NCBI GenBank assembly: GCA_002317385.1
Contig: DCJH01000067.1
Span: 29,727 to 93,726, forward strand
Direction: 5' to 3'
Length of the DNA: 64,000 nt
DNA from: Prevotella sp. UBA1705
GTDB lineage: Bacteria > Bacteroidota > Bacteroidia > Bacteroidales > Bacteroidaceae
The notes under the pieces were generated by a model. It was not told the DNA's origin. It worked only from the letters and a program-made list of their open reading frames with translations, and made no database searches. Both the position numbers and the translations under genes were made by a program. Positions 9,414 to 19,726 of the stretch are shown here, piece by piece (positions within the stretch are counted from its first letter, which is position 1; the number at the start of each line of letters is the position of its first letter).

Positions 9414-10516
9414 GCAAGGCTCTCCTCCCTTTTCTTATGGCTGTTGATGAGGTTGATGGTGAGATGGAAAAGGGTATAAATGAATATGTCGGCAATAAAC
9501 ACTACGTTGATGCTGGTTAGTAAATACAGTACGTTGTTGAGCACCAAGAATGATACGGCAAATAGCAGAATGACCATCAAGGTCTGGTGCATATTAAGTC
9601 CGATGTTCATCAACTTATGGTGAATATGATTTTTGTCAGCCTCGAACAATGGACGATGAGTTTTTAGTCTGTGTATCACAACCCTCACAACATCGAAAGT
9701 AGGGACAATTAGCAGAGAATAGCTCATCACTAACCTATCATCACAATAGGGCATCACGGCCTTATTGTCCATGGTAAATTTTACAAAAAGAAATCCAAGG
9801 ATGAAACCTAATGTTAAGCTTCCGCTATCGCCCATGAATATCTTCATGCCCTTTTCAATTTGTCCAAATAAGTTGAAATAAAGGTAGGGGATGAGAACTC
9901 CGGCAAGTCCGGCAATGATAATGCAATAGACCACGAGTCCTTCGCGCCAGAATAAGTATAGAAAGCCGCAGAGAGCCAAGAGGGAAAGGCTGGCACATAG
10001 ACCATCTATGCCATCTATAAGATTCATGGCATTGTCTATAAAGACAATGATAAGCACGGTTAATGGCGCTCCTATCCAAAAAGAAATTTCATAGATGCCG
10101 AATAGGCCGTAGAGATTGTTGATATATAGTCCGGCAGCAGGAAGAAGGCTTGCTGCTATAACCTGAATCACAAATTTGATATTCGCACTTAGTCCAAACA
10201 AGTCATCTATCAATCCAATAGAATAAATCATGATGAGACTGATCATGAAATAGAGTGACCAGAGATTGATCTCTATCCTTTGGCTTTGATATTCATGCTT
10301 CAGGACGAATAGGGCTATCAATGACGCTACAATCATACTGGGCATAAAGGCTACGCCACCGAGTCGAGGAACCTTAATCCGATGTATTTTCCGAGCATTA
10401 GGTAAATCGTAGAGTTTCTTGTCCTTGCAGTAGTTGAGGATATAGGGGATGGCAATGAATCCACAGATCATACTGATGAAGAAAGCTCCTATAGTCAAGA
10501 AAACAAAGAATGACAT
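9410..10516 (-). CDS. WecA/MraY-family undecaprenyl-phosphate GlcNAc-1-P transferase
   Basis: RKIH..VPRLGG, GLIDD, NAMNLIDGIDGL, IFMGDSGS, HIHH. Confidence 0.92.
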   Translation of the reverse strand: MSFFVFLTIGAFFISMICGFIAIPYILNYCKDKKLYDLPNARKIHRIKVPRLGGVAFMPSMIVASLIALFVLKHEYQSQRIEINLWSLYFMISLIMIYSIGLIDDLFGLSANIKFVIQVIAASLLPAAGLYINNLYGLFGIYEISFWIGAPLTVLIIVFIDNAMNLIDGIDGLCASLSLLALCGFLYLFWREGLVVYCIIIAGLAGVLIPYLYFNLFGQIEKGMKIFMGDSGSLTLGFILGFLFVKFTMDNKAVMPYCDDRLVMSYSLLIVPTFDVVRVVIHRLKTHRPLFEADKNHIHHKLMNIGLNMHQTLMVILLFAVSFLVLNNVLYLLTSINVVFIADIFIYTLFHLTINLINSHKKREESLA

Positions 10517-10645
10517 GTTGCATCTATATAGTTAGTGATATAAATAAAACCAACCAACCTGTTAAATATTGCATGAGTAAAGAAAAATAATCGTCATTGG
10601 TTTTTCGGTGAAGAGCATGTTTGTAAACATGAAAATAGTCTTCTC

Positions 10646-12643
10646 TTATTCTGTCTGAAGTTGCCTGTCTCGATTGTAAATTCCAGCCTTGCTGTAATCA
10701 AAAGGGATAAATCCTACCTTACGTGCTGCTGTCTCTGAAAGAAAATTAAAGTTTCCGTTCATGGGATCAATAAATAGTGGATTGGTCTCCACAGAGTTAT
10801 AATCTTGGAAAGTACGCCATGTATTGAAATCCTTATCTGCAAGGTCCAGTTTACCGTTTTCATTCCAATAAAGATTATAGTTCATCATGAACTTATTCTT
10901 CTCTATCCATGACAGGCTACCTGACAGAGTTCGCCCCGTGCTGTATAGAACAATGTTGTTTCTGAATGTGAAGGATAAACCGCTGTCGGTTCTTACCAAA
11001 TGCAATTGATAGTCTCCGCCGTAGGCAAATATATTATTTGTAATAAGGTTGTCTCTACCATAGTTTTGCTGAAATGTGCAGGAGGAACAGTTATAAACAA
11101 GATTATTCTTTATTACAAGATGACTGGAACCCTCGTCAGCATATATTCCGCATCCCCCATAATCAGCACATCGGATATTAAAAATGACATTGTTAGAGAT
11201 GACCGTTCCTGCAGACTCTCCCAAAGTGTAGATGCCTGCGAGGTCGGACAATACCCTTTGTCCTATATTATAGATACGATTGAAAGACACTTCGTTGTTT
11301 ACAGCGACATTGTATTTATCATTATCGTTAAATCCCCATGTCCATCCAAGAGATATTCCTGTATAGTAGAGGTCGCTGATGTCATTATGGGTTATCTTGT
11401 TGTCTCGGGCATTGAGAACAAGAATTCCAACGCCGCTTGGTATGTGTTTCCCCAAATGCCTGATGATATTATTATCTATAATATTATTATTGGTGACGTT
11501 CAGATCCTTACTCTTATTACCGGTTCCTATTTTAATGCCGCCAGCTCCCAGCTCCGTGAGTAGACATTGCTGGATTATACAGTTTTCGCATTGTTCTCCC
11601 AAAGTAATTCCATATCCTCCTGTGAGCGATACTTTACAATTGATGAACGAAAGGTCCTTAGCATAATTGGCCTCGATGGCCGATTCTATATGGGCTGCAG
11701 CCTGTTCAGGTCCTTCTCCTTCATCAGGTGTTAGATGTGATGTGCATTCAAAGCCGATATTTTGAAATGACAAGTTCGAAATCAGTGCGATTTTTTGTCC
11801 ATCAATCTTGATTATCTGGTTGATCGTAGGGATAATTACGTCAAGGTTATTGATGTTTTCTCCAGCTTTGGGTATATAAAATAACGTTTCACTCTGTGCA
11901 TTGAAATACCATTCCCCCTGTGTGTCAAGTGCAGTGGGAGAGTTGTAGATAACACATCTGGTTTTCTTTTGCACTTTGTTCCAGGGTTTCATAGGACATT
12001 TTATAAACGAGACATGTGAACCCGAAATGGAGACAGGGCGCCAATTCATGACATCCCACTTTTCATATAGTTCAAATCGGGTGCTACGAAGTTGTGGGTT
12101 TGTAAGGCCTGTGAGTTTCTTGAGGTTGCTAAGCAGAAAGGCTGCTTTGTCATTATCAAAGCCTTGAACATATATATACCCTTGGTTAGGCGTTCTTGCC
12201 TGTTGGGCATAATGACCATTTACATACAGCTGTTCGAACTGTAAGTTATTTGCTTTAGCATGAGGTACCTGGGCCTGAAAAATATTATCCTTATACTTTT
12301 TCCATCCAGAAATAGTAGTCCCACCGATAAGTCGTGACTTGTCCATGCCTTCGCCTATAACAATAATTGGGCGGGTATAAGGCTTTCGGATATCTATCGT
12401 CTTGGTGAGATAATAGTTGCCTTGTGCAAGGTGGATAGTAAGCGATCGGTTTGTATTGCGGTAGGCCTCATCACATATGAGAGCCTTCTGTAGGGTTGCA
12501 AATGGTGAATCTATCGTTCCGGAGTTTGAGTCATTGCCAGAAATAGAGACATATAGGTGATCTTGTGACCAGACTATTTTTGGTATTGCTATAAAAGTTG
12601 CAATCACCAGTAAGATTCTAAAATGAAATCTTCTGCTTTGCAT
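10646..12643 (-). CDS. Exported right-handed parallel beta-helix protein (GH141-like architecture)
   Basis: YVSISGNDSNSGT..PFATL, QLYVNG..ARTPN, GEWY, YTGISLGW, DLAGIYTLG, GIYADEGS; Asn ladders. Confidence 0.75.
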   Translation of the reverse strand: MQSRRFHFRILLVIATFIAIPKIVWSQDHLYVSISGNDSNSGTIDSPFATLQKALICDEAYRNTNRSLTIHLAQGNYYLTKTIDIRKPYTRPIIVIGEGMDKSRLIGGTTISGWKKYKDNIFQAQVPHAKANNLQFEQLYVNGHYAQQARTPNQGYIYVQGFDNDKAAFLLSNLKKLTGLTNPQLRSTRFELYEKWDVMNWRPVSISGSHVSFIKCPMKPWNKVQKKTRCVIYNSPTALDTQGEWYFNAQSETLFYIPKAGENINNLDVIIPTINQIIKIDGQKIALISNLSFQNIGFECTSHLTPDEGEGPEQAAAHIESAIEANYAKDLSFINCKVSLTGGYGITLGEQCENCIIQQCLLTELGAGGIKIGTGNKSKDLNVTNNNIIDNNIIRHLGKHIPSGVGILVLNARDNKITHNDISDLYYTGISLGWTWGFNDNDKYNVAVNNEVSFNRIYNIGQRVLSDLAGIYTLGESAGTVISNNVIFNIRCADYGGCGIYADEGSSHLVIKNNLVYNCSSCTFQQNYGRDNLITNNIFAYGGDYQLHLVRTDSGLSFTFRNNIVLYSTGRTLSGSLSWIEKNKFMMNYNLYWNENGKLDLADKDFNTWRTFQDYNSVETNPLFIDPMNGNFNFLSETAARKVGFIPFDYSKAGIYNRDRQLQTE

Positions 12644-12648
12644 GTATT

Positions 12649-13437
12649 CTATTTTATGATACCATACCTTATCCTTTGGGCAAGGTTGCTTTGGAGGAAG
12701 TTTAGCCTCTTCTTAATTTTCTGTGTTATATTGATAAATGAATAGAAGATGAGTCCCTGAAACCTATTACCACCATTCTTGACTACAATATTAATATAGT
12801 CTTTCTTTTTCTTGGAAATATCTATAGATGTGAGTCCTCCAGATACGAATACGGCCATGTCAAAGTTTATGCGGTGGAACTTTGCGCCAAGACGATTGGC
12901 TCGCATAAGAAACTCTAAATCCATGGGCCATCGTATATCCTCATCGTAAGTTCCTAATTTCCTATATGCTTCTTTGGTTACAAACATCCCTTGGTGTGCA
13001 ACATGGCAAAAAAAAGGCATTTTTGGAAAATGGACAGAGGGTATCTCACGGCACTCAAAACCAGTCTTAGAGTCGTGCATGATAATATTTCCCTGATATA
13101 TATCCGATATACCATCATACTCATCGGCAATCTTTTGCAGTGCCCCAGGTAAAAGATAGTCATCAGAATTGATGATGCCAATAACATCTCCAGTTGCCTT
13201 TTCAATTCCTTTGTTGAAGGCTTCACTGATGCCGTGATCCTTTTCAGATATTACAACGTCAATCTTGTTTTTGTATTTATTTATAATGTCAAGAGTGTTA
13301 TCTGTTGACAATCCGTCAATAATGATATATTCCAGGTTACTGTATCCTTGGTCAATGACGCTCTGTATAGTTCGCTCAATGGTTTTCTCACTATTGAACG
13401 AAGGAGTAATCATGCTAATCTTGATATCTTGCTTCAT
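12649..13437 (-). CDS. Glycosyltransferase family 2
   Basis: ISMITPSFN, IIDGLSTD, GISEAFNKG, INSDD. Confidence 0.9.
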   Translation of the reverse strand: MKQDIKISMITPSFNSEKTIERTIQSVIDQGYSNLEYIIIDGLSTDNTLDIINKYKNKIDVVISEKDHGISEAFNKGIEKATGDVIGIINSDDYLLPGALQKIADEYDGISDIYQGNIIMHDSKTGFECREIPSVHFPKMPFFCHVAHQGMFVTKEAYRKLGTYDEDIRWPMDLEFLMRANRLGAKFHRINFDMAVFVSGGLTSIDISKKKKDYINIVVKNGGNRFQGLIFYSFINITQKIKKRLNFLQSNLAQRIRYGIIK

Positions 13438-13441
13438 GATA

Positions 13442-14338
13442 TTAATAGATATTGAGTAACACAGCTAACTGGAAAAGTCGATAAGTGCGCATGTCTGCGC
13501 ACTTGAATCGCTTGTCAGCAATTAGTTTGATTTTGTTGCCAAGACCTTTTTTGCCATTAATAAACTCATTGAGAAGGAGCTTGTTTTCAGTTGTCATTAT
13601 ATCATAGAAACCCTTTCGGAGTTCTTCGGCTCTACGAAATCTGGAGTGCTCCAAATGGGAGAGTCTGTCAAATCTACGTTTCCATTGATGTAGTTCTCCC
13701 TGCCCTTGTCCTATGGTGTTATTCCCATGTTGGCGGTAGAGGATATATGATGTTTTGTCAAACACAATCTTTGCACCGACAGCAAGGGCTATGCAGTAAA
13801 TCCAAACATCGTGCATGGGAATATAGTTCGGTTTGTAGCGATTTACTATATCACGAAGGTGCTTGTTAAAAACCATTGTACATCCAGGGATAAATTCATA
13901 TACCAATGATTCTCCAAATGTAAGATATGGATTGATGTCAGAACCTGCAATGGGATTTAAATCAGCGTCGGTTAGCTGTGTACGAGTGAAATAAAGTGCA
14001 GGGATGTCTTCGTATTGCTCAAGAGCAGTGACACCAGCTGACAGTTTCTCAGGCTTCCAATAGTCATCTTGGTCTGCAAACGCATAATAATCTGCAGCAG
14101 AGGAATCTTGTAGAAGCTGCATAAAACTGAGTGCTGGTCTCAAGTTCTCGCCTTGGTAATATCGCAATTGATGCTTATACTGATAGCTATTAAGAATCTG
14201 CAATGTATTATCTTTCGAGCCATCATCACGTACAAGCAAATCAACATCAACATTGGTCTGTGCCAAAATAGAGTCGATTAACTCTGAGATATACTGTTGA
14301 CCATTATATGAGGAGAGCAGAACGTTTATTTTGCTCAT
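13442..14338 (-). CDS. Glycosyltransferase family 2 (rhamnosyltransferase-like)
   Basis: LSSYNG, VRDDGSKD, ADQDDYW, GCTM, MHDVW, YRQH. Confidence 0.88.
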   Translation of the reverse strand: MSKINVLLSSYNGQQYISELIDSILAQTNVDVDLLVRDDGSKDNTLQILNSYQYKHQLRYYQGENLRPALSFMQLLQDSSAADYYAFADQDDYWKPEKLSAGVTALEQYEDIPALYFTRTQLTDADLNPIAGSDINPYLTFGESLVYEFIPGCTMVFNKHLRDIVNRYKPNYIPMHDVWIYCIALAVGAKIVFDKTSYILYRQHGNNTIGQGQGELHQWKRRFDRLSHLEHSRFRRAEELRKGFYDIMTTENKLLLNEFINGKKGLGNKIKLIADKRFKCADMRTYRLFQLAVLLNIY

Positions 14339-15486
14339 GATTCCAAATCCTTAAATATTGTACGAGCGATATTCGCAGCCTTGACATCAGTGAATTTATC
14401 CAGAATGCGTGAGCGAGCGGCCTCCTGGTAATTTCTAAGGAGGATAGGATCCGAAAGAATCTTGTCTATGGCTGCAGCATATGACTTTACATCGTCTAAT
14501 GCTACTTCTTCGCCTGTAATCCCTTTCAGGTTAACCCAGTTTACTCCTGAGCCTTCAAGGTGGAATGTAACAGGAACGCATCCACAATACATCGCTTCTG
14601 CCAATGCTACACCAAAAGCTTCTTGTTTTGTGATGGAAGCAAACCCGAAGATATCTGCTGCATGATAATAACAACGTAGGTTGTCATGATCTAATTTCCC
14701 TAAGAATTTTATTCGCTCATTGCCTTTAGCAAGGTTCATCAATCTTTGAGTTTCAGGACCGCGTCCAGCTATAAGTATACGTACATCACTTCTGATATAC
14801 TGCTCAGATTTTATCAGTCGGTCAATGCCCTTATATGGGATATGCCTACCTACGAAAAGAATCAGTTTGCGTTGATTACCATATTCTTCTTTAATCTTTG
14901 CTATACGTGCCTTGTCTTCCACCTTGAGATCAAAGTCTGCTGTTATGATGCCATTTTGCAGTACTTTGGTCTTGTCACGATATTTGTAGATAGGGCTTGA
15001 CGGATCAATATAATTCGGACTGGTGGCCAATATGAGATCTGATGTCTTCAGCGCTTCATTTTCAATTGGCTTTATGATTTTATATAACCATCCCTTGGTA
15101 AGTATGTCTGAGTGCCATAGTAGTACTTTCTTGCATGATTTAGGCAAAGTTCTCAGCGCAATGGGGTAAACATAAGGATTAGGGCAATGTATGATGGTTA
15201 TGTCAGGATTGTAATCTTTTATAATCTTCTTCAAAACTTTCCAATATTCCAAGCAGATGTCTTGGCTTGAAATCCTGAATATGGGAGCTATGCGATAGAC
15301 TATTGTACCATTTACATCATCTATACTGGATTTTCCATTTGTGGCATAACATACAACAACATTAGTATAGTCATAGAGATTGTCTACCAAACTCTTGGCG
15401 ACAGTTTCAATGCCCCCTTCATCTGGATAGTAATATTTTGATATGTGAAGAATAGTTTTTCCCATAGATAAACTCTTATTGTTCAA
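14335..15486 (-). CDS. Glycosyltransferase family 4
   Basis: KYYYP..GGIE, WHSD, FVGRHIPYKG, EAFGVALAEAM. Confidence 0.9.
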   Translation of the reverse strand: MNNKSLSMGKTILHISKYYYPDEGGIETVAKSLVDNLYDYTNVVVCYATNGKSSIDDVNGTIVYRIAPIFRISSQDICLEYWKVLKKIIKDYNPDITIIHCPNPYVYPIALRTLPKSCKKVLLWHSDILTKGWLYKIIKPIENEALKTSDLILATSPNYIDPSSPIYKYRDKTKVLQNGIITADFDLKVEDKARIAKIKEEYGNQRKLILFVGRHIPYKGIDRLIKSEQYIRSDVRILIAGRGPETQRLMNLAKGNERIKFLGKLDHDNLRCYYHAADIFGFASITKQEAFGVALAEAMYCGCVPVTFHLEGSGVNWVNLKGITGEEVALDDVKSYAAAIDKILSDPILLRNYQEAARSRILDKFTDVKAANIARTIFKDLES

Positions 15487-16714
15487 ACGTTGTTTCTTCT
15501 TGTTTAGTATGGCTCCCTGTTTTATTTTTTTGAAGTTGAAATATTATCTTGGGCATACACAGCAAACATACAAATATCATAAACTGCATTGTGAGCACAA
15601 TATTCTGTATGAAGTCTTCATTGTAAAATTGTATAATAAGAATCTTAGCAATATATGCATAGATACACCGGCTTGTCATACTTCCTTTTCTAAAGCTATG
15701 ATAGACCCACGCAGATAGTGTCCCGTATAAAAACGCGAAGAAGGCTACTCCACGGATACCAAAATCTCTGTAGAATGGTTCGAACACGGTATAAACATTA
15801 GTTGGTAGTGGTACCCATACGAAATCCTGCAAGCGTGAGTTCACTTCATAGTTAAATCCAAATCGATTGAGAAATAGGTATATAGTCTGGAACGTATGTG
15901 AACCAAACTGTAATGATAAATCCTCAGAGATCCGCTCAAATGCCACGGCAGGAGAAAGCAGGTATATGGCGAAGAAATCGATGAACGTCATTCCGTCGCT
16001 ATCTTCACTGGAAGTAAGAAGCACATTGATGACAAAGAATAATAGTAATAGGATGAAGAATACGATAGCAATAGATTTCGCGCTAATGGTTTTCTTCTCG
16101 TAAAGTACAAAGATCGTCGCTATAACGAGAAAGAAGATACCACTCTTCTCCATTATGGCAAATTGTCCAATGAGATTAGTCACGACAATTGTAGCAAGTT
16201 GCCATTTGGGTATTTTGGGGTAGGCCCATAAGCCGACAACGAATATTACTTGATTGACAATGTATGAATATCTGAGGAATCCATAGTCTTGATCTCCGAA
16301 GATTGCAAGTAATCGCAGGTTATAGAATATATCATTTAAATCGAACTGAGAGACCACCTTAAATATCTGCATAAAGAATAGCGGTGTTGTCACGATAGCA
16401 AATACATACAGCAAGTTATAGAAGTTGATATGTATCTCCTTGAGCTCTATACATTTTTCCTCAGGTTTAATATTCTCAGGAAGGGAGTAATATGTCACTA
16501 ATCCAGAGAAGACAAATATAGGCACCCACACACACAGACAACTGTAGAACTTTGTTCCTAAAGGATACAGAAGGTCTGCTTCAAACTGAAACATAAACAG
16601 AATGGCAAACCACACCGCGCATGTGATAAACCATGGGGAGAAATAGTCGCCAATCTTGAATATTTTAAAGGAGACTAAAGCACATCCTAAGGTGATGAGT
16701 ATTATTATGTCCAT
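15476..16714 (-). CDS. wzy: O-antigen/oligosaccharide repeat-unit polymerase (Wzy)
   Basis: About 10 TM segments, PTNVYT..Y.DFG motif; start coupled to the upstream stop (TAATG at 16712-16716). Confidence 0.75.
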   Translation of the reverse strand: MDIIILITLGCALVSFKIFKIGDYFSPWFITCAVWFAILFMFQFEADLLYPLGTKFYSCLCVWVPIFVFSGLVTYYSLPENIKPEEKCIELKEIHINFYNLLYVFAIVTTPLFFMQIFKVVSQFDLNDIFYNLRLLAIFGDQDYGFLRYSYIVNQVIFVVGLWAYPKIPKWQLATIVVTNLIGQFAIMEKSGIFFLVIATIFVLYEKKTISAKSIAIVFFILLLLFFVINVLLTSSEDSDGMTFIDFFAIYLLSPAVAFERISEDLSLQFGSHTFQTIYLFLNRFGFNYEVNSRLQDFVWVPLPTNVYTVFEPFYRDFGIRGVAFFAFLYGTLSAWVYHSFRKGSMTSRCIYAYIAKILIIQFYNEDFIQNIVLTMQFMIFVCLLCMPKIIFQLQKNKTGSHTKQEETTFEQ

Positions 16715-17667
16715 TAGTTTCTCGCTGATTCTTTTATTTTTCTTCTGATCAAAATTCCCCAAGTGGTTATAATTCCATTTATGATCATCAATGCGGATAA
16801 GTATCCTCCTATGTTGGGCGCAGAAGGTTTAAGGGGTACAGATGCACTTTTTACGATACTGAAAGAGCGAATGTTCTGCATCGCCATAGCTTCTGCTCTG
16901 GCATATTTCATTGCTGCATCTTGAAGTAGCTTGAAAGCGTTATCTCTTTCTTTTTGTAGGCTATCGATTTTGGATTGCCCGGAAGGCTCTGCAACATCCT
17001 GATGATTATCTACATACAAGCTGTATTTTGTCTGGATGGCTGCGTAGTTCTTTCTGCAGGAAGCGTATTCTCTTCTTTCGTCTGTTAATGCAGTCTTCGC
17101 CAGTTTCTTGCGATACTTAGTCATTCTAAATAGAAGATGGCTTGCCACTGAGTCTGCCATTACTGCTGCCACGTATGGATTCTCATCTGTAACTTGAATA
17201 GTGGCCGTAGCGTAACGTGAAAAGACCTGGTACTTTATTTTGTCGTGTATGGTAGCTATGATTTCTTCTCTTTTTTTGCCCTTCTCTTTCTTTGCAATGT
17301 GGGAGTAATAATCGGTTTTATTCCCAGGTATTGCAACGTGCGACACTTCTTCCCAAAAGTCATAGGAATCTATGTACTGAGAATAAACCAATATATCGTT
17401 CATGTCAACTTCTGCCTTAGAGAGAGGATTGCTGTTGTTGAGCCATCCTTCCCAAGTCTTGAGTCCTATGAGGATGCCATTCTCTTTTTTTTCATCAGCT
17501 ATACTGACCTGTGCGCTATAGCTCGCAGGAATGCTATATAGAATGATTAGCGTAATACACAATGTAATTGCGCTTGTAAGGCAATACACACGCCAATGCT
17601 TTCTACATTCTTCCCCTGCATTCCAGAGAGGCTTGTTAGTTGTATGTGGTTCCAATTTATGGATCAT
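16714..17667 (-). CDS. Chain-length determinant (Wzz-like), second copy
   Basis: N- and C-terminal TM helices, TIQVTDENPYVAAVMADSV, coiled coil, ASVPLKPSAP. Confidence 0.75.
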   Translation of the reverse strand: MIHKLEPHTTNKPLWNAGEECRKHWRVYCLTSAITLCITLIILYSIPASYSAQVSIADEKKENGILIGLKTWEGWLNNSNPLSKAEVDMNDILVYSQYIDSYDFWEEVSHVAIPGNKTDYYSHIAKKEKGKKREEIIATIHDKIKYQVFSRYATATIQVTDENPYVAAVMADSVASHLLFRMTKYRKKLAKTALTDERREYASCRKNYAAIQTKYSLYVDNHQDVAEPSGQSKIDSLQKERDNAFKLLQDAAMKYARAEAMAMQNIRSFSIVKSASVPLKPSAPNIGGYLSALMIINGIITTWGILIRRKIKESARN

Positions 17668-18398
17668 CTTATTTTCAAAGCCTTTAACACTCTCAGTTTT
17701 ATATATTTAAGCGCACCTGTAATTATGTGTTCTATTCCAAATCCAATTCGCATGCCAAGCGCTTCTTCCGCAATCCACATTCCTTTTCTTGATATGCCGC
17801 CCGTATCATTGATACTGATGAGGGTTGGAATTTTATAGAAGAGTTCCTCGGGTACAGAAAGGAAGAACAGCAGGTCTGACACAATGTATGGATGCGTCTG
17901 AAGATAGTAGCCATACTTTTCGTGTAGTGATTTCTTATAGATTGATGCCTGATGGAAGACAATTCCTTTGTGCCTATCCACATGGTTGATAACAGTCTTC
18001 CCATTCTGGGTTATGTCATAATAGTCAGAATACAGGAATGATACGTCTGATGGAAAATCTAAATTGAATACATTGCTAAGAACATGCTCGTGACTAAAGA
18101 TGTCGCCAGCATTGAGCATAATGATCCATTCCTTGCTTGCGAGTCTGACACCTTTATTCATTGCATCGTATATGCCGTTGTCGGGCTCACAGATGGTTAC
18201 GTCAATAACATCCTTATACTGTTCAAGAACTTCTTTTGTGCCATCCGTACTATTCCCGTCAATGACTATAAATTCTTTCAGTTGGTAGTCTTGTGAGGCT
18301 ACGTTTTTGATGGTTTTTATCAAACCATCTTTGTTATTGTATGTGACCGTTATGATGGAAATGCCCTTTTCCATATCCCGTTTATCTATTGTTTCCAT
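17664..18398 (-). CDS. Glycosyltransferase family 2
   Basis: SIITVTYN, IDGNSTDGT, GIYDAMNKG, LNAGD. Confidence 0.9.
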   Translation of the reverse strand: METIDKRDMEKGISIITVTYNNKDGLIKTIKNVASQDYQLKEFIVIDGNSTDGTKEVLEQYKDVIDVTICEPDNGIYDAMNKGVRLASKEWIIMLNAGDIFSHEHVLSNVFNLDFPSDVSFLYSDYYDITQNGKTVINHVDRHKGIVFHQASIYKKSLHEKYGYYLQTHPYIVSDLLFFLSVPEELFYKIPTLISINDTGGISRKGMWIAEEALGMRIGFGIEHIITGALKYIKLRVLKALKIR

Positions 18399-19726
18399 AT
18401 GCCCTTTGCCGTACCATTTATGATTTTATAGAATTGCAAGACATCAAACGCAATGCAAGGAATGTTCACAGCGCTCATCAGAATTAATACACTCGCAATG
18501 TTATGCGTGTTTTTTACCGCTGTTATCGACAATATGATAAACAGAAACATCGACAAAAGCGAAGTAATCAGTTGAATTTTCAGCGCGCCAATTCCATTAA
18601 GGAAAAAGCTATAATTCATAATAATGATGTAAGTAACCGTATATAGACCCATTAAGATGGTAATGAGCCAAGGTACTGTGACCATGTGCCCAATCCAAAT
18701 CTTATAGATAAAAGGAGAAACGATTACCATAAGCATGATGGCAATGATGGCCAGATACAGAATCTTATTTGTTCTCTTCATAGCAAGTCTTATCCATTCT
18801 ATATCGCCGCGTGTATAGGCATCTGTCGTAGCGCTCCAATATGGCGTTGTGATGATGGAGAAGGCAAGCATCATAATACTGAAATATCTATATGCAATCT
18901 GATAAGGGGTTACCATCGAAGGCATGAAATATTTCGAAATAATGAAATTCACAGACAGCATAATAATTGCCCCACAGATTTGAAGAACAAAGAACTTGAT
19001 ACCGATAGAAAGCATTTCCTTCACTAAGTCCCAGTGAAAAGAAAAGAATGAGGGGCGCATATCCTTATATTTATAAAAGAAAGTATATGGATAGGCAAGT
19101 AGATATACGATAAGGGGTGAGCCGGTGTTGACAAGCACAATATCCATGAGGGAATGGCTACCTGTTTTGTAAAGATAGTAAGTTCCCACCAATGTAAGGG
19201 TATGACCAGAGGTGGTCAGCAAGATACTCAACGCAGGTAGCTGCATGCCTTGGTAGAAGTTTCCGATGAATTTGAATATAAACGTTGAGCATACCAGTAC
19301 TAATGCTACACATATTATCGTATTCAGCCCTGTCACTACATGTTTGGGATCCATGAAAGAGTACACGTCTATGACATGTACAGTCCCTGTTAATGCCGTT
19401 ACTGTTGGAATAATGATAAGTATCAGCATGAAAAATGTAGACGATACAACCTCACGTGCTTTCTTGGTTTCATTATTGGCCATGTACATGGCAAGTTTGT
19501 TCCTTAGTCCGTTGCCAAGGCCAATGTCCATGCTGTCAATCCATATAAGCGCTCCACTGATAGTCAGCCACACTCCATTCTCATATGCTCCAAGACAGTG
19601 AAGGGTGAGTGGTACCAAGAGTATAAATATAGCACCAGACCATCCCTTAAACAGGAAGGAGTATAATACATTCTTTTTTATAAGGGCAGAACGTGGGTCT
19701 ACTTTGGAGGCTTTACCTATGTTCAT
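18386..19726 (-). CDS. wzx: Wzx-type flippase (MOP/MATE superfamily)
   Basis: About 12 TM segments, DIGLGNGLRN, VTPYQIAY, WSATTDAY; inside the polysaccharide cluster. Confidence 0.8.
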   Translation of the reverse strand: MNIGKASKVDPRSALIKKNVLYSFLFKGWSGAIFILLVPLTLHCLGAYENGVWLTISGALIWIDSMDIGLGNGLRNKLAMYMANNETKKAREVVSSTFFMLILIIIPTVTALTGTVHVIDVYSFMDPKHVVTGLNTIICVALVLVCSTFIFKFIGNFYQGMQLPALSILLTTSGHTLTLVGTYYLYKTGSHSLMDIVLVNTGSPLIVYLLAYPYTFFYKYKDMRPSFFSFHWDLVKEMLSIGIKFFVLQICGAIIMLSVNFIISKYFMPSMVTPYQIAYRYFSIMMLAFSIITTPYWSATTDAYTRGDIEWIRLAMKRTNKILYLAIIAIMLMVIVSPFIYKIWIGHMVTVPWLITILMGLYTVTYIIIMNYSFFLNGIGALKIQLITSLLSMFLFIILSITAVKNTHNIASVLILMSAVNIPCIAFDVLQFYKIINGTAKGIWKQ

